Positions 1 through 11,777 of a stretch of 64,000 nt of DNA are shown piece after piece (the first letter of the stretch is position 1; each line of letters begins with the position of its first letter). Source of the DNA: Alphaproteobacteria bacterium (lineage in GTDB: Bacteria; Pseudomonadota; Alphaproteobacteria; UBA7985). The translations under genes were made by a program, and so were the position numbers. The notes under the pieces are model-generated. The model worked only from the letters and a program-made list of their open reading frames with translations. It was not told where the DNA came from and did no database searches. The stretch spans positions 16,567 to 80,566 of the forward strand of contig CBFHUI010000001.1 in assembly GCA_965658725.1 (NCBI GenBank), written 5' to 3'.

Positions 1-1231
1 GATCACGGTCGAGAATAGCGCAAGGGCGCTTGCTGTGATTGCCGCGCGGTTTTTTGGCCCCCTGCCCCAACGGCTCCAGGCTGTAACCGGCACCAACGGC
101 AAAACCTCTGTCGCGCACTTTGTCCGATTGCTCAACGGAGAGGACAGCGCGGTTTCCATTGGCACTCTGGGGATGATGCCCAGCGGCCTGTTCGATATGC
201 CCTCGCTCACCAGCCCAGACCAGATTGCACTGGCCCAGGGTCTCGCTGCAGCCGCTGCAAGCGGTCGAACGATAGCGGTGGTTGAGGCCTCGTCCCACGG
301 ACTGGATCAAGGGCGGTTGGACGGACTGCTGTTCGATCAAGCCGGTTTCACCAACCTCAGCCGCGACCATCTGGATTATCACCCGACCATGGAGGCCTAC
401 TGGCACGCCAAGCGACGGCTTTTTGCCCAAAGGCTGCGCCCCGGCGGGCAGGCCGTTATCGACGAGCGCGCGCCCCAAACGGACGAACTGGATGCGCTGG
501 GCGTGCCGCTGTTTCGACTGGGTGCGCTGGACAGTGCAACGGCCGACTTGGGCTTTCAGGCGGAACCGCAGGCGAGCGGTCTCGCCTTTTCCTTTCGCCT
601 TGATGGGCAGCATTACGACCTTGATCTACCGCTGTTTGGTACGTTTCAGGCGGAGAACATCGCTGTGGCACTGGGGCTGGCGCACTTGGGCGGGGTGGAC
701 CGCCTTGCCGAGCGCCTCGCAGCGCTCCCGGCAGCGCAGTTGGGCGTGCCGGGCCGGATGATGCCCGTTGTGCACCATCCAAAGCCGCCTCATGGTCCGG
801 TGCTGGTAGACTATGCCCACACTCCCGACGCGCTCAGCACTGTTCTCCGAGCCGCTCGGCCGCACTGCACAGGACGGCTGATTGTCGTGTTCGGCGCAGG
901 TGGCGACCGTGACCCGGGCAAGCGTCCGCTGATGGGCGCAGCAGCGGCCAGTTCTGCCGACCACATCATCATCACCGACGACAATCCACGCAGCGAAGAC
1001 CCAGCCCTGATCCGCGCCGCAATCCAGCAAGCCGCGCCCGAGGCCGAAACCATCAGCGACCGCGCCGCGGCGATAGCTGCTGGCCTTGCCCGAATGCAGC
1101 CCGATGACCTGCTACTCATCGCGGGCAAGGGTCATGAAACCGGCCAGATCGTGGGCGATACCACGCTGCCGTTTGACGACATTGAGCACGTGCGCCGCGC
1201 GAGCCGGAACCATTGGGGAGAAACAGCGTGA
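1..1231 (+). CDS. murE: UDP-N-acetylmuramoyl-L-alanyl-D-glutamate--2,6-diaminopimelate ligase, 5'-truncated by window edge (frame open back to nt 2)
   Basis: Mur ligase motifs (TGTNGKTS P-loop). Position immediately upstream of murF in the dcw order. The ORF continues without a stop to the window start. Confidence 0.88.
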   Translation, partial: ITVENSARALAVIAARFFGPLPQRLQAVTGTNGKTSVAHFVRLLNGEDSAVSIGTLGMMPSGLFDMPSLTSPDQIALAQGLAAAAASGRTIAVVEASSHGLDQGRLDGLLFDQAGFTNLSRDHLDYHPTMEAYWHAKRRLFAQRLRPGGQAVIDERAPQTDELDALGVPLFRLGALDSATADLGFQAEPQASGLAFSFRLDGQHYDLDLPLFGTFQAENIAVALGLAHLGGVDRLAERLAALPAAQLGVPGRMMPVVHHPKPPHGPVLVDYAHTPDALSTVLRAARPHCTGRLIVVFGAGGDRDPGKRPLMGAAAASSADHIIITDDNPRSEDPALIRAAIQQAAPEAETISDRAAAIAAGLARMQPDDLLLIAGKGHETGQIVGDTTLPFDDIEHVRRASRNHWGETA

Positions 1232-2577
1232 GCCTCTGGACGGCACAGGATATTGCGCAGGCAACTGGCGGCTCCCTAATCGGCGCTGCAGATACCGCTG
1301 TTCACGGGGTCTCGATCGACACTCGCAGCCTCTCCCAAGGCGACCTGTTCATCGCCTTGCGCGGTCCCAACCACGACGCCCACGACTTCGCCACCAAAGC
1401 AGCCGAAGACGGGGCAAGCGTGCTGCTGGTCGAACGAGTTCAGAGCACGCGCGCCGCCCAAGTGCTGGTCCCGGATACAGTCCGAGCCCTGGAAGCGCTG
1501 GGCCGGACGCGGCGGGATGAAATCAGTGGGTTTGTGCTTGGTATCACCGGCTCCGTCGGCAAAACCGGCACCAAGGAACTCGCAGCCGCTGGCTTTCGAG
1601 CACTGGGTCGGACCCATGCGACCCAAGGAAACCTGAACAACCACTTCGGCGTCCCCCTGACACTGGCTCGCATGCCGCGGGACACAGAATTCGCCGTGAT
1701 CGAAATGGGGATGAGCGCGCCCGGAGAAATCCGCGCGCTGACGCAGATGGTGCGCCCGGATGCTGCGATAATCACGTGGGTCTCCGCCGCGCACAGCGCT
1801 TTTTTCACCAGCACGGAAGAGATTGCCCGAGCCAAGGCTGAGATCTTCGAAGGCCTAGCGCCGGGAAGCGTTGCGGCCATCCCGGCCGACAATGACTATT
1901 GCGCCCTGCTCCGCGACCTTGCCGGACCGGCGCGGATCCGCACGTTTGGCACATCACTCGAAGCCGATGTTCAAGTCACGTTTGATGGGTCGCACGGTAC
2001 GTTGAGTCAGTTTTCCGTGGACGGTCACCGCCTCAAACTCGCGTTGCCAGGCGCGCAGTGGGGCAACGCTGCAGGAGGCCTTTTGGCGGCGCTGCCTGAA
2101 GGCGCAGACGCGGCGGCTTTTCTGCGAGCACTCAGCAGCGTCGAGCCGCTCAAAGGTCGAGGCAAGCGGTTCAGCATCGACCTTCCAGACGGCGGCACAG
2201 CAGCGCTGATCGACGAATCCTACAACGCCTCACCCGCTGCCGTTGAAGCCGCGCTGCGCCTCTTGGTCGCGACACCGACCAAAGGTCGCAGAATAGTGCT
2301 GCTGGGTGACATGCTCGAACTCGATCACCCTGAAACAGAGCATGCCGCAATTGGTGCGTTGATTGCCGGACTGCCCATTGACAGCGTTCATGTCAGTGGA
2401 TCATTCGGCCTGCACACCCTTAGCGCAGTGAAATCCGAGCAGCGCGGGTGCGCTGCACCTGATCCTGAGTCACTCTACACAGAACTTGCACAGTCTTTTC
2501 ATGATGGAGACTTATGGCTAGTCAAAGGGTCACTCGGGTCAAAAGTTCACACCATCGTCGATAAGCTCACGACCTAA
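1228..2577 (+). CDS. murF: UDP-N-acetylmuramoyl-tripeptide--D-alanyl-D-alanine ligase
   Basis: N-terminus VSLWTAQDIAQATGG is typical of MurF. Mur ligase P-loop GITGSVGKTGTKE. The GTG start at 1228 overlaps the murE stop (GTGA); the ORF track offers 1213 as an alternative start. Confidence 0.88.
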   Translation: MSLWTAQDIAQATGGSLIGAADTAVHGVSIDTRSLSQGDLFIALRGPNHDAHDFATKAAEDGASVLLVERVQSTRAAQVLVPDTVRALEALGRTRRDEISGFVLGITGSVGKTGTKELAAAGFRALGRTHATQGNLNNHFGVPLTLARMPRDTEFAVIEMGMSAPGEIRALTQMVRPDAAIITWVSAAHSAFFTSTEEIARAKAEIFEGLAPGSVAAIPADNDYCALLRDLAGPARIRTFGTSLEADVQVTFDGSHGTLSQFSVDGHRLKLALPGAQWGNAAGGLLAALPEGADAAAFLRALSSVEPLKGRGKRFSIDLPDGGTAALIDESYNASPAAVEAALRLLVATPTKGRRIVLLGDMLELDHPETEHAAIGALIAGLPIDSVHVSGSFGLHTLSAVKSEQRGCAAPDPESLYTELAQSFHDGDLWLVKGSLGSKVHTIVDKLTT

Positions 2578-2603
2578 TGTTCACCAGCCGGTAAAGCGCT
2601 CTC

Positions 2604-3692
2604 ATGTTGCCTCTTCTGCTCGGTCCTTACGCCGACGATTACGCCATCGCCAATCTGCTCAGCTACACGTCCACCCGCGGCGGGCTGGCGGTGTTTACGG
2701 CGCTGATCATCTGCCTGTTTGTCGGTCCGCCGATCATCAACTGGCTGCGGTCAGTTCAGAAAAAGGGGCAGCCGATCCGCACCGATGGGCCGGAAAGTCA
2801 CCTGCTGACCAAGAAGGGGACGCCGACCATGGGCGGGGCGATGATCCTGCTGTCCATGCTGGTCTCAACACTGATCTGGGCGGACCTGTCCAATCCTTAC
2901 ATTTGGATCGTGCTGTTTGTAACCAGCGGCTATGGCCTGCTGGGCTTTATCGACGACTACATGAAAGTGTCCAAGCAGACGCCGGAAGGCATCGCCGGAC
3001 GGTTCAAGATCGTCGGGCAGGTCTCCATCGGCTTGATTGCTTGTGTCATGATCTACGTGTTCTCGCCGGAAGCCCTGCAAGGCACCCTGCTGTTTCCAGT
3101 GTTCAAGGACTGGTACTTGCCGCTTGGCGTGTTCATCATCCTCTTCGGCCTTTTCGTCATCGTGGGCAGCTCCAATGCCGTGAATCTGACTGACGGTCTG
3201 GACGGTCTGGCCATCGTGCCGATCATGATTGCAGCGGGGTCTTTTGCCATCATTGCTTATGTTGTGGGCCGGCCAGACTGGTCGGCTGATCTTGCGCTGA
3301 ACATGGTTCCGGGCACGTCGGAGCTGGCCGTACTTTGTGCCGCACTGGTTGGGGCCGGGCTGGGGTTTCTCTGGTTTAACGCGCCACCGGCGCAGGTTTT
3401 CATGGGCGACACCGGTTCGCTGGCTGCAGGCGGCGCGATCGGCACCATCGCAGTCATCACGAAGCACGAACTCGTGCTCGCGATCATCGGCGGTCTGTTC
3501 GTCATGGAAGCGCTGTCGGTGATCATTCAGGTGACGTCCTTCAAGCTGACCGGAAAGCGGGTGTTCCGCATGGCCCCAATCCACCACCACTTTGAAAAGA
3601 TGGGCTGGCAAGAGCCAACTGTGGTCATCCGGTTCTGGATCGTAGCCGTGGTGCTCGCGCTCATCGGGCTGGCGACACTCAAGATTCGCTAA
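2604..3692 (+). CDS. mraY: phospho-N-acetylmuramoyl-pentapeptide transferase
   Basis: Polytopic membrane protein with the MraY signature [13 protein letters not shown] and HHHFE near the C-terminus. Canonical dcw position. Confidence 0.93.
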   Translation: MLPLLLGPYADDYAIANLLSYTSTRGGLAVFTALIICLFVGPPIINWLRSVQKKGQPIRTDGPESHLLTKKGTPTMGGAMILLSMLVSTLIWADLSNPYIWIVLFVTSGYGLLGFIDDYMKVSKQTPEGIAGRFKIVGQVSIGLIACVMIYVFSPEALQGTLLFPVFKDWYLPLGVFIILFGLFVIVGSSNAVNLTDGLDGLAIVPIMIAAGSFAIIAYVVGRPDWSADLALNMVPGTSELAVLCAALVGAGLGFLWFNAPPAQVFMGDTGSLAAGGAIGTIAVITKHELVLAIIGGLFVMEALSVIIQVTSFKLTGKRVFRMAPIHHHFEKMGWQEPTVVIRFWIVAVVLALIGLATLKIR

Positions 3693-3711
3693 CGCTGAAA
3701 GGCACCCGTCG

Positions 3712-5073
3712 ATGATCCCGCTCACCCACCTGCGAGGGCAGAAAATCGCTGTACTGGGCCTGTCCCGAACCGGGCGGGCAACGGTTCAGGCTGCGCTGGC
3801 GGGCGGGGCACAGGTAGACGCTTGGGACGATAATCCCAACAACCCGATCCCTGAAGGCGCGAACCGCTTCGACTTCTCCGCGCAGGGGTTCAGCGACCAC
3901 GCGGCGCTGGTTATGTCGCCGGGCATCCCCCTTACCCACCCAAAGCCCCACAACGCCGTCCTGCTCGCCAAGGCCGCAGGGGTTCCAGTGCTGGGGGATA
4001 TCGAGTTGCTCTGGCGGGAACGGCAGACCCAGAACCCCTTCATCGGCATCACCGGAACCAACGGCAAGTCCACCACCACCGCCTTGCTCGGTCACGTCTT
4101 GCAACAGGCCGGAGTGCCAGCGGCGGTTGGCGGAAATATCGGGGAAGCGGTGCTTTCGCTCACACCGCCAGCAACGGGCGCGCCCTTTGTGCTGGAAGTG
4201 TCGAGTTACCAGCTCGATCTGTGCCGCAGCACGGAGTTTTCCGGCGCAGCGCTGCTCAATATCACGCCCGACCACCTGTCCCGTCATGGCGGCTTGACGG
4301 GTTATATCGACGCAAAACTGCGCATTTTTGCGCGGCAAAGCGCAGGCAACCTCGCGTTGGTCGGTGTGGATGATGAGCACGGCAAAACGATTGCTGCCGC
4401 CCTCGCCAACCACAGCCGCGCGACCGTCCTACCTGTCACCACCGCACGCCCGCTTGAGCACGGGATCTCAGCCTACGGCGGTGACTTGCGCCTGAATGGT
4501 CAGCACATCCTCGACTTGCGCGACCTGCCCCGGCTTGCTGGCGCCCACAACGCGCAGAACGCAGCGATTGCGACCGGGCTGGCTTGGCACGCCGGGCTAA
4601 GTGAAGCGCAGATCGTTGAGGGCCTGCGCAGCTTCCCCGGCCTTGCGCACCGTCAGGAACTGATCGGCAGCCGAAACGGGCTGACCTTTGTCAACGACAG
4701 CAAAGCCACCAACGCCGAAGCCGCCGCCGTCGCCCTTCGCGCCTTCAAGTCGGTTTACTGGCTAGCGGGCGGCCAAGCCAAGGAGGGCGGTCTGGGCGCG
4801 GCGATGCACGATCTCGACACTGTGAAAGCGGCCTTTGTCTATGGCGAATGCGCGCAAGATTTCGCCAACCAACTGGCAGGCAAGCCCTTCTCCACACAGG
4901 TTTTTTCGACGCTGGAGGCCGCTTTTGGCGCTGCTTTGGCCACAGCCGAGGCCGATTCTCTAGATTCTGCGACGATTTTGCTGGCTCCTGCTGCCGCTTC
5001 GTGGGATCAATTCTCATCTTTTGAAGCCAGAGGCGATGCTTTTCGAGCCTTGGCGGACGCGCATTTGACTTAG
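3712..5073 (+). CDS. murD: UDP-N-acetylmuramoylalanine--D-glutamate ligase
   Basis: Mur ligase P-loop GITGTNGKSTTTALLGHVL. dcw order after mraY. Confidence 0.9.
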   Translation: MIPLTHLRGQKIAVLGLSRTGRATVQAALAGGAQVDAWDDNPNNPIPEGANRFDFSAQGFSDHAALVMSPGIPLTHPKPHNAVLLAKAAGVPVLGDIELLWRERQTQNPFIGITGTNGKSTTTALLGHVLQQAGVPAAVGGNIGEAVLSLTPPATGAPFVLEVSSYQLDLCRSTEFSGAALLNITPDHLSRHGGLTGYIDAKLRIFARQSAGNLALVGVDDEHGKTIAAALANHSRATVLPVTTARPLEHGISAYGGDLRLNGQHILDLRDLPRLAGAHNAQNAAIATGLAWHAGLSEAQIVEGLRSFPGLAHRQELIGSRNGLTFVNDSKATNAEAAAVALRAFKSVYWLAGGQAKEGGLGAAMHDLDTVKAAFVYGECAQDFANQLAGKPFSTQVFSTLEAAFGAALATAEADSLDSATILLAPAAASWDQFSSFEARGDAFRALADAHLT

Positions 5074-5085
5074 GGATATTTTGAC

Positions 5086-6207
5086 ATGAGCCATGTCTCC
5101 CGCTCGGACACGTCGCTGATTGGACGTTGGTGGTGGACCGTTGACCGCCCGACCATCTTTATTGTTCTGGCGCTGCTCTCGCTGGGCGCCCTGTTGTCTT
5201 TTTCGGCCTCGCCTGCCATGGCTGAGCGTCTGAACCTCGAAGCCTTCTTCTTCGTCAAGCGCCACCTGATTTTCCTGCTGCCGTCTGTAGCGCTGCTGTT
5301 TGGGCTGAGCCTGTTCAGTCCCGTGTGGATTTGGCGGCTTTGCCTTGTGGGCGTGATCGGCGGGTTTGCCGCGATGATTCTGACCCTCTACGTCGGTGAA
5401 GCGGTCAAAGGCGCCGAGCGGTGGATTGACCTTGGCGTGGTGAAAATCCAGCCCTCTGAATTCATGAAGCCCGCCTTCTTTGTCATTTCCGCGTGGTTGT
5501 TCGCGCTGCATCGGCGCATGGGACAGAGCTGGGCACTCCCGGTTAATGCGGCCATGCTGGTCGGTATGCTGACGCTGCTCATCCTGCAAAAGGATCTGGG
5601 TCAGTCGGTTTTGTTTGCCTCCGTTTGGGCCATCCAGCTGTTTCTGGCGGGCTACCCGCTGCAGTGGATGTTTGGTCTGGCGGGTCTGGGCATCGGTGGC
5701 CTCGTTGGGGCTTACAACTTTATGCCGCACGTCAAAAACCGGGTGAACCAGTTCCTCGACCCCAACGCCGACCGCTATCAAATCGATCGCGCAGCACAGG
5801 CGTTTAACGATGGGGGATGGCTGGGCGTGGGACCGGGGGAAGGCAAGGTGAAGAACGCCATCCCCGACGTGCACAATGACTTCATCTTCTCCGTGCTCGG
5901 GGAAGAGTTCGGGCTGATCGCCTGCGTATGCGTGGTGCTGATTTTTGCGCTGCTGGTGTTGCGCGGCATTGGTCAGGCGGTGCGGTTTGACAGTCTGTTC
6001 ACTTCGCTGGTTGCTCTGGGGCTGATTTGCCAACTGGGCCTGCAGGCGATGATTAACATGGCTTCCACCCTCGCCATGATCCCGACCAAGGGCATGACCC
6101 TGCCGTTTCTCAGCTACGGTGGCTCCTCGCTGCTTTCACTGGCGGTTTCAATGGGCATCTTCCTCGCTGTCACCCGACGGCGGCCCCGGCAAGAGAGTTT
6201 CCTATGA
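5086..6207 (+). CDS. ftsW: SEDS-family peptidoglycan glycosyltransferase FtsW
   Basis: 10-TM FtsW/RodA-like protein located between murD and murG, with a 4-bp overlap onto murG. Confidence 0.85.
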   Translation: MSHVSRSDTSLIGRWWWTVDRPTIFIVLALLSLGALLSFSASPAMAERLNLEAFFFVKRHLIFLLPSVALLFGLSLFSPVWIWRLCLVGVIGGFAAMILTLYVGEAVKGAERWIDLGVVKIQPSEFMKPAFFVISAWLFALHRRMGQSWALPVNAAMLVGMLTLLILQKDLGQSVLFASVWAIQLFLAGYPLQWMFGLAGLGIGGLVGAYNFMPHVKNRVNQFLDPNADRYQIDRAAQAFNDGGWLGVGPGEGKVKNAIPDVHNDFIFSVLGEEFGLIACVCVVLIFALLVLRGIGQAVRFDSLFTSLVALGLICQLGLQAMINMASTLAMIPTKGMTLPFLSYGGSSLLSLAVSMGIFLAVTRRRPRQESFL

Positions 6208-7286
6208 GCCTCATCGTCCTCGCAGCAGGCGGCACCGGCGGGCACGTTTTCCCCGCCATGGCCCTGTCCCGTGCCCTGATCGCACGCGGGCATGAGGTCC
6301 GGTTGCTGACCGATGCGCGCGGGTTGCAGTACGCGGGCGACTTCGACCCCGATGCCATTGACGTGATTTCCGCAGGCGGGCTGGTCTCTGGCGCGCCGCT
6401 CCGGCGCTTGGCAGGCGTCCTGCGCCTGCTCAATGGGTATCGACAGGCACGTGGGCATCTGCGGCGCTTGAAGCCAGCGGCCGTTGTCGGCTTTGGCGGC
6501 TTCCCGTCTGCCCCGCCCATGGTTGCCGCCCAGCACATGGGCATTCCCACGCTCATGCACGAACAGAATGGCGTCATGGGCCGCGCCAACGTCTTTGTCG
6601 CGCGCGGCGTCCGGCAGATCTCAGCCGCTTTCCCCGACGTCGATTGCGTCCCCAACGCCGCGCAGCACAAGGTCCACGTGGTCGGCAACCCAATACGGGC
6701 CGATATCGCGGCGGTAGGCGAAACAGAGTTCAAGCCTTCTGCCAATGCGTTGCGCTTGTTCGTGTTTGGCGGTTCCCAGGGAGCGGCCGTGTTTGCCCGC
6801 CTGATCCCCGATGCGCTGGAACAGCTGAGCGATGAAGCACGCGCGCGGATCAGCCTGACCATCCAGATCCGTGAAGAAAACCACGCTGCTGCTGAGCCGC
6901 GCTTGAGCGCTCTGGGACTACAGCACCTCACCATCGCCCCCTTCTTCGCCGACATGCCCCAGCAGCTCACCGACGCCGACGTCATCGTGAGCCGCTCCGG
7001 CGCAACGACGGTGCACGAAATCGCAGCTGCGGGGCGTCCGGCGATCTTTGTACCGCTCGCTGTACACAAGGATGACCAGCAGGCCCGGAACGCCCGCCTG
7101 CTCACCCAGCCCGGTGCAGCCTTCCTAGTCCGCGAAGGAGAAAGCGCAGCAGTTGAACTTGCCTCGCATTTGACAAAAATACTCAATACGCCATCCCTGC
7201 TGTCAGACATGGCATTCCGCGCACGAGCGAGCGCTTTGCTCGGCGCTGCGGACAAGCTGGCGCTCATGGTCGAGCAGGAGATATAA
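6204..7286 (+). CDS. murG: undecaprenyldiphospho-muramoylpentapeptide beta-N-acetylglucosaminyltransferase
   Basis: N-terminal [13 protein letters not shown] motif of MurG. dcw position. Confidence 0.9.
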   Translation: MSLIVLAAGGTGGHVFPAMALSRALIARGHEVRLLTDARGLQYAGDFDPDAIDVISAGGLVSGAPLRRLAGVLRLLNGYRQARGHLRRLKPAAVVGFGGFPSAPPMVAAQHMGIPTLMHEQNGVMGRANVFVARGVRQISAAFPDVDCVPNAAQHKVHVVGNPIRADIAAVGETEFKPSANALRLFVFGGSQGAAVFARLIPDALEQLSDEARARISLTIQIREENHAAAEPRLSALGLQHLTIAPFFADMPQQLTDADVIVSRSGATTVHEIAAAGRPAIFVPLAVHKDDQQARNARLLTQPGAAFLVREGESAAVELASHLTKILNTPSLLSDMAFRARASALLGAADKLALMVEQEI

Positions 7287-7291
7287 GCGAC

Positions 7292-8737
7292 ATGGCCTCT
7301 TTGAACTCATCCATCCGGCACATGCCGCTCGATACTGGTGTTTTTCACTTCGTTGGCATCGGCGGTATTGGCATGTCGGGGATCGCGGAGGTGCTGAAGA
7401 ACCTCGGCTATGAGGTTCAAGGCTCCGATATCGGGGAGAGCGCCAACGTCAAGCGCCTGCGCACGCTGGGCATCGACGTCAAAATCGGCCACCACGCCGA
7501 GCACGTCGCCAACGCAGCCGTGCTGGTGGTGTCTTCCGCGATCAAGCAAGACAATCCCGAACTGCTCGAAGCCCGCGCGCTGTCCCTGCCCGTGGTTCGC
7601 CGCGCGGACATGTTGGGAGAGCTGATGCGCCTGAAGTGGGCCGTTGCCGTCGGCGGCACCCACGGCAAGACCACGACCACGTCACTTATCGCCTGCCTGC
7701 TGGATGCGGGCGGCAAGGATCCGACGGTGATCAACGGCGGCATCATCAACGCTTACGGCACCAACGCGCGCTTGGGCGAAGGCGACTGGCTGGTGGCCGA
7801 AGCGGACGAGAGCGACGGCACCTTTACCCGCCTGCCCGCCACGGTCTCTGTGGTTACCAACATCGACCCCGAGCACCTTGACCACTACGGCAGCGTAGAA
7901 GCCCTACACGAAGCCTTCCGCGCCTTCATGGGCAATATTCCGTTCTATGGGTTCGCTGTCGCTTGCACGGACGATGAGACCGTTCAGGGCCTGTTGCCCG
8001 ATGTCGAAGACCGCCGCGTCCTAACCTATGGCTTCAACCCGCAGGCCGACTTGCGCGCGGTGAACGTGCGCAGCAACGGTGTCGGCATGATCTTCGATGT
8101 TCACGTCACCGACCGCGTCAGCCCTAGCGGTACGTCTATGGTCATCGCGGACATTGCGCTGCCAATGTTCGGCGATCACAACGTCTCCAACGCTGTTTCG
8201 GCCATCGCGGTTGCACTGGAACTGGGTGTAGAGCCCGAAGCGATTCAGAAGGGCTTTGAAGGCTTTGGCGGGGTTAAGCGGCGCTTTACAATTACCGGCA
8301 GTTGGAACGACATCACCGTGGTTGATGACTATGGTCATCACCCCGTAGAAATCACCGCCGTCCTGCGCGCTGCCCGCCAACGGGTCGCAGGGACGGGAGG
8401 GAAGATTCACGCGATTCATCAGCCCCACCGCTTTACCCGGCTCAAGGACTTGTTCGAAGACTTCTGCACCTGCTTCAATGAAGCAGACAGCGTGCAAATC
8501 GCTGACGTTTACGCTGCTGGCGAGACGCCGATCGAAGGGTTTGACGCCGCGACGCTGGTCGCAGGCATTCAGGCGCGCGGCCATCGTCAGGCTGCACAGA
8601 TGACACACGAAGACGACCTCGCCGCTTGGGTCCGTGACAACGCCGCGCCCGGCGATCTGGTGGTCTTCCTCGGCGCGGGCAGTATCACCACGTGGGCCAA
8701 TGCCCTCCCCGGTGCGCTGGAGACGCTTGAGCCGTGA
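7292..8737 (+). CDS. murC: UDP-N-acetylmuramate--L-alanine ligase
   Basis: [29 protein letters not shown]-terminus and Mur ligase P-loop [11 protein letters not shown]. Confidence 0.9.
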   Translation: MASLNSSIRHMPLDTGVFHFVGIGGIGMSGIAEVLKNLGYEVQGSDIGESANVKRLRTLGIDVKIGHHAEHVANAAVLVVSSAIKQDNPELLEARALSLPVVRRADMLGELMRLKWAVAVGGTHGKTTTTSLIACLLDAGGKDPTVINGGIINAYGTNARLGEGDWLVAEADESDGTFTRLPATVSVVTNIDPEHLDHYGSVEALHEAFRAFMGNIPFYGFAVACTDDETVQGLLPDVEDRRVLTYGFNPQADLRAVNVRSNGVGMIFDVHVTDRVSPSGTSMVIADIALPMFGDHNVSNAVSAIAVALELGVEPEAIQKGFEGFGGVKRRFTITGSWNDITVVDDYGHHPVEITAVLRAARQRVAGTGGKIHAIHQPHRFTRLKDLFEDFCTCFNEADSVQIADVYAAGETPIEGFDAATLVAGIQARGHRQAAQMTHEDDLAAWVRDNAAPGDLVVFLGAGSITTWANALPGALETLEP

Positions 8738-9693
8738 CTTCGCTCATCAGCCGGTTGCCCGAGGTCCGGGGGAGCTATCGCGAGAACCACGCGATTGCGC
8801 CACTGACGTGGTTCCGTGTTGGCGGTCCTGCCGCGGTGTTTTACCGGCCCGCAGACGCCGAAGACCTCGCCCACTTCCTCACCCACCGTCCCGCTGATGT
8901 GCCGATCTATGTGCTCGGCGTCGGGTCGAACACGCTGCTGCGTGACGGCGGCTTCCCCGGCGTGGTGATCCGCTTGGGCGGTAAGGGCTTTGGCGATGTT
9001 TCAGTGACGGGCCAGACGCTAACCGCGGGCGCTGCTGCGCTTGACGCGACTGTAGCGAAAACCGCTGCGCGCGCGGGCCTGAAAGGGTTGGGTTTCTACG
9101 CTGGGGTTCCGGGCACCATCGGCGGTGCGTTACGGATGAACGCAGGCGCCCATGGTGGAGAGACCCGCGACACGCTGGTCTCCGCCTGCGCCGTCTCCCC
9201 TGACGGGCGCATCCATGACCTGCCTGCCGCTGATTTGGGGCTGAGTTACCGGCACTGTGATTTGCCCGCTGACTGGATTTTCTTGTCCGCGACCTTCAAC
9301 TGCGAACCGGGCGACCCGGACGCGCTGACAGCAGAACTGGCAGAGGTGCAGGAGACCCGAGAGGCGACCCAACCGATCCGCGAAAAGACCGGCGGTTCGA
9401 CCTTCAAAAACCCGCCCGCCGATGCCCCGCACGGGCCGTCAGCCTGGAAGCACGTCGACGCAGCAGGGTGTCGTGGCCTGCAGATTGGCGGCGCCCAAGT
9501 CTCTGAAAAACATTGCAATTTCCTGATCAATACCGGTGATGCGACTGCCTATGATATCGAGCAGTTGGGCGAAACCGTCCGCGCCCGCGTTCATGCAAAC
9601 AGTGGCGTCCTGTTGCAGTGGGAAATCCGCCGTCTTGGCGTATTTGAACCGGATCGCAGCGTTCGAACAGCCGAAGAGGTGCTGGGCCTGTGA
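8734..9693 (+). CDS. murB: UDP-N-acetylenolpyruvoylglucosamine reductase
   Basis: FAD-binding PCMH-type reductase, 319 aa, overlapping the murC stop (GTGA). dcw position between murC and ddl. Confidence 0.85.
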   Translation: MTSLISRLPEVRGSYRENHAIAPLTWFRVGGPAAVFYRPADAEDLAHFLTHRPADVPIYVLGVGSNTLLRDGGFPGVVIRLGGKGFGDVSVTGQTLTAGAAALDATVAKTAARAGLKGLGFYAGVPGTIGGALRMNAGAHGGETRDTLVSACAVSPDGRIHDLPAADLGLSYRHCDLPADWIFLSATFNCEPGDPDALTAELAEVQETREATQPIREKTGGSTFKNPPADAPHGPSAWKHVDAAGCRGLQIGGAQVSEKHCNFLINTGDATAYDIEQLGETVRARVHANSGVLLQWEIRRLGVFEPDRSVRTAEEVLGL

Positions 9694-10616
9694 GCAAGAC
9701 TGTCCTCCTGCTACTCGGCGGTCTTTCGGCTGAGCGTGATGTCTCCCTAACCAGCGGCAACGAAGTACAGCGGGCGTTGGAAGAAAGCGGTTATCGCGTC
9801 CTGCCCTTTGACCCCGGTTGGGACGTTGGGGAGAAGCTACCAGCGGCGCTCTCGGATGGGGTGGATGTCGTCTTTAATGCGCTGCATGGGAAGTGGGGCG
9901 AGGATGGTAACATTCAGGGCCTGCTAAACTTCGCGCGCGTGCCCTATACGCATTCAGGCGTACTGGCGTCTTCGCTGGCTATGGATAAGCAGCTGTCCAA
10001 GCTCATTTTCGCGGCCGTCGGCATCCCTATCGTTCACGACGTGACCGTCACAGTTGATGATCTGCGTCAGGGCGACCCGCTGGCTCGGCCTTTCGTGATT
10101 AAACCCAGCCGGGAAGGGTCTTCCGTCGGGGTCAGGATTTTGCGGGCAGGCGATGCTTTGGACCTGTCCGGTCTGGATGCATACGACGCGCTCATGGCTG
10201 AAGACTTTGTAGCAGGGAGGGAGCTGACGGTTTCTGTATTGCAAGACCGGGGTGCACAGCCGCGCGCGCTGGCCGTGACGGAGCTCAAGACCAAGACCGC
10301 CTTCTATGACTACGAGGCAAAGTACAGCGCGGACGCGGAAACGGAGCACGTGGTCAACCCCACCGACCTACCCCGCGATGTGCACGATAGCCTGCTGCGC
10401 TGGTCGGAGGCTGCACACGCGGCGCTGGGATGCCGGGGTGCGACGCGGTCAGACTTCCGTTTTGATCCCGACTCTGGTCGAATCGCGATTCTTGAGGTAA
10501 ACACACAGCCAGGGCTGACCCCGCTCAGCCTGCTGCCGGAGCAAGCTTTAGCTGTCGGTATGGATTTTAAGGCCCTCGTGGCATGGATGGTTGAAAACGC
10601 GGAATGCGACGCCTGA
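9690..10616 (+). CDS. ddl: D-alanine--D-alanine ligase
   Basis: ATP-grasp protein with SREGSSVGV and the Ddl C-terminal region. 4-bp overlap with murB. Confidence 0.9.
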   Translation: MSKTVLLLLGGLSAERDVSLTSGNEVQRALEESGYRVLPFDPGWDVGEKLPAALSDGVDVVFNALHGKWGEDGNIQGLLNFARVPYTHSGVLASSLAMDKQLSKLIFAAVGIPIVHDVTVTVDDLRQGDPLARPFVIKPSREGSSVGVRILRAGDALDLSGLDAYDALMAEDFVAGRELTVSVLQDRGAQPRALAVTELKTKTAFYDYEAKYSADAETEHVVNPTDLPRDVHDSLLRWSEAAHAALGCRGATRSDFRFDPDSGRIAILEVNTQPGLTPLSLLPEQALAVGMDFKALVAWMVENAECDA

Positions 10617-11647
10617 CAGGATTTTGGCGGAAAGACGGGCACGTCGAAGCGTCTGAAGAGACGCATAAGGTGGATTATGACGACCACGACCTCGACGATG
10701 CTGGTGAGTTCGCCCCGAGATATGACGACGATGACCCCGGGTCAGCGCTAGAGCAGCGGCGGCGCAAGCTGTCGCGTGCTTCGCGTCACCGCCGCATCAG
10801 CACCTTCCTGCGCTTCGCTGTACCAGTGCTTGTTGCCGTTACGCTGGGCGGCGGGGGTCTATGGAGCTGGCAAAGCGGCCGCTGGGACATCGCCAGCATT
10901 CGCGGCGCACACGCTGCCCAGATTGCTGGCGCAGCCGTTGGCCTGCGGATCGAAGAATTCTCGATCTCTGGCCGCCGCTATACCCGCGAATCTGACATCG
11001 TTGCCGCCGTCGGTGCCTACTACGGCGATCCCATCCTTGGCATTGAACCCGAAAGCGCCAAGCTGCGCGTTGAGGGCTTGCCCTGGGTGGCACGAGCCGA
11101 GGTTGAACGCATCCTGCCGAAAACCATTTCCGTGCGCGTGATCGAGCGCGTGCCTCTCGCGATCTGGCAGAGCAACGACTTACACCAGATTATCGACACC
11201 AACGGTGAAGTCATCCTTGACCAGTCAGCCTCTGACTTTCTCGACTTGCCCGTCGTCTCAGGCGATGGCGCTGAGGAAGCGGCGGCAGAATTGCTGTCCG
11301 TGCTGAGCATTGTGCCGTCGATCCGCCAGTATGTTGTTGCCGCCGAGCGGCGCGGAGACCGGCGCTGGGATCTGTTCCTGACGCTGGGAATCAAGGTACA
11401 GCTCCCCGACGAAAATGCTGACCTGGCCCTGCGCCGCCTATCTGAGGCCGAAGGACGCTATGGGCTGTTCAACCGGGACATTGTAAACATCGACATGCGT
11501 GTCCCCGATCGAATGATCGTTCGAAAGCGGGACGAATCCGATCCATCTGATCTCGATTTGTTCTCGAATGAAAAGAATGTTTCGACGTTTTTTCAGGATA
11601 GTAGCGAAAATAGCTTAACTCCCGCGTCAGATTCGTTTACATTATAA
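10604..11647 (+). CDS. ftsQ: cell division protein FtsQ (POTRA domain), with an unusually long acidic cytoplasmic N-terminal extension; start codon uncertain
   Basis: Single TM helix (FLRFAVPVLVAVTLGG), then a POTRA/FtsQ beta domain (IEEFSISGRRYTRESDI ... LPWVARAEVERILPKTISVRVIERVPLA). Lies between ddl and ftsA. The N-terminal 70 aa are rich in Asp. Confidence 0.78.
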   Translation: MRRLTGFWRKDGHVEASEETHKVDYDDHDLDDAGEFAPRYDDDDPGSALEQRRRKLSRASRHRRISTFLRFAVPVLVAVTLGGGGLWSWQSGRWDIASIRGAHAAQIAGAAVGLRIEEFSISGRRYTRESDIVAAVGAYYGDPILGIEPESAKLRVEGLPWVARAEVERILPKTISVRVIERVPLAIWQSNDLHQIIDTNGEVILDQSASDFLDLPVVSGDGAEEAAAELLSVLSIVPSIRQYVVAAERRGDRRWDLFLTLGIKVQLPDENADLALRRLSEAEGRYGLFNRDIVNIDMRVPDRMIVRKRDESDPSDLDLFSNEKNVSTFFQDSSENSLTPASDSFTL

Positions 11648-11777
11648 GGCGTCGCGGAGTGTCTCCTATTTTGTGTGACGGTTTCCGCACCGACGTCTGA
11701 ATTTTTCCAGACGTGATTTTGTAATGAATTCAGCGCTCGGTTTCTGAGTGCGCATTTGATGGAACTTATTTTAGCCT

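Noticed and set aside
5014-7267. 339-aa and 365-aa minus-strand ORFs opposite ftsW and murG
   Set aside because: Antisense artefacts, with R/A/P-rich composition.
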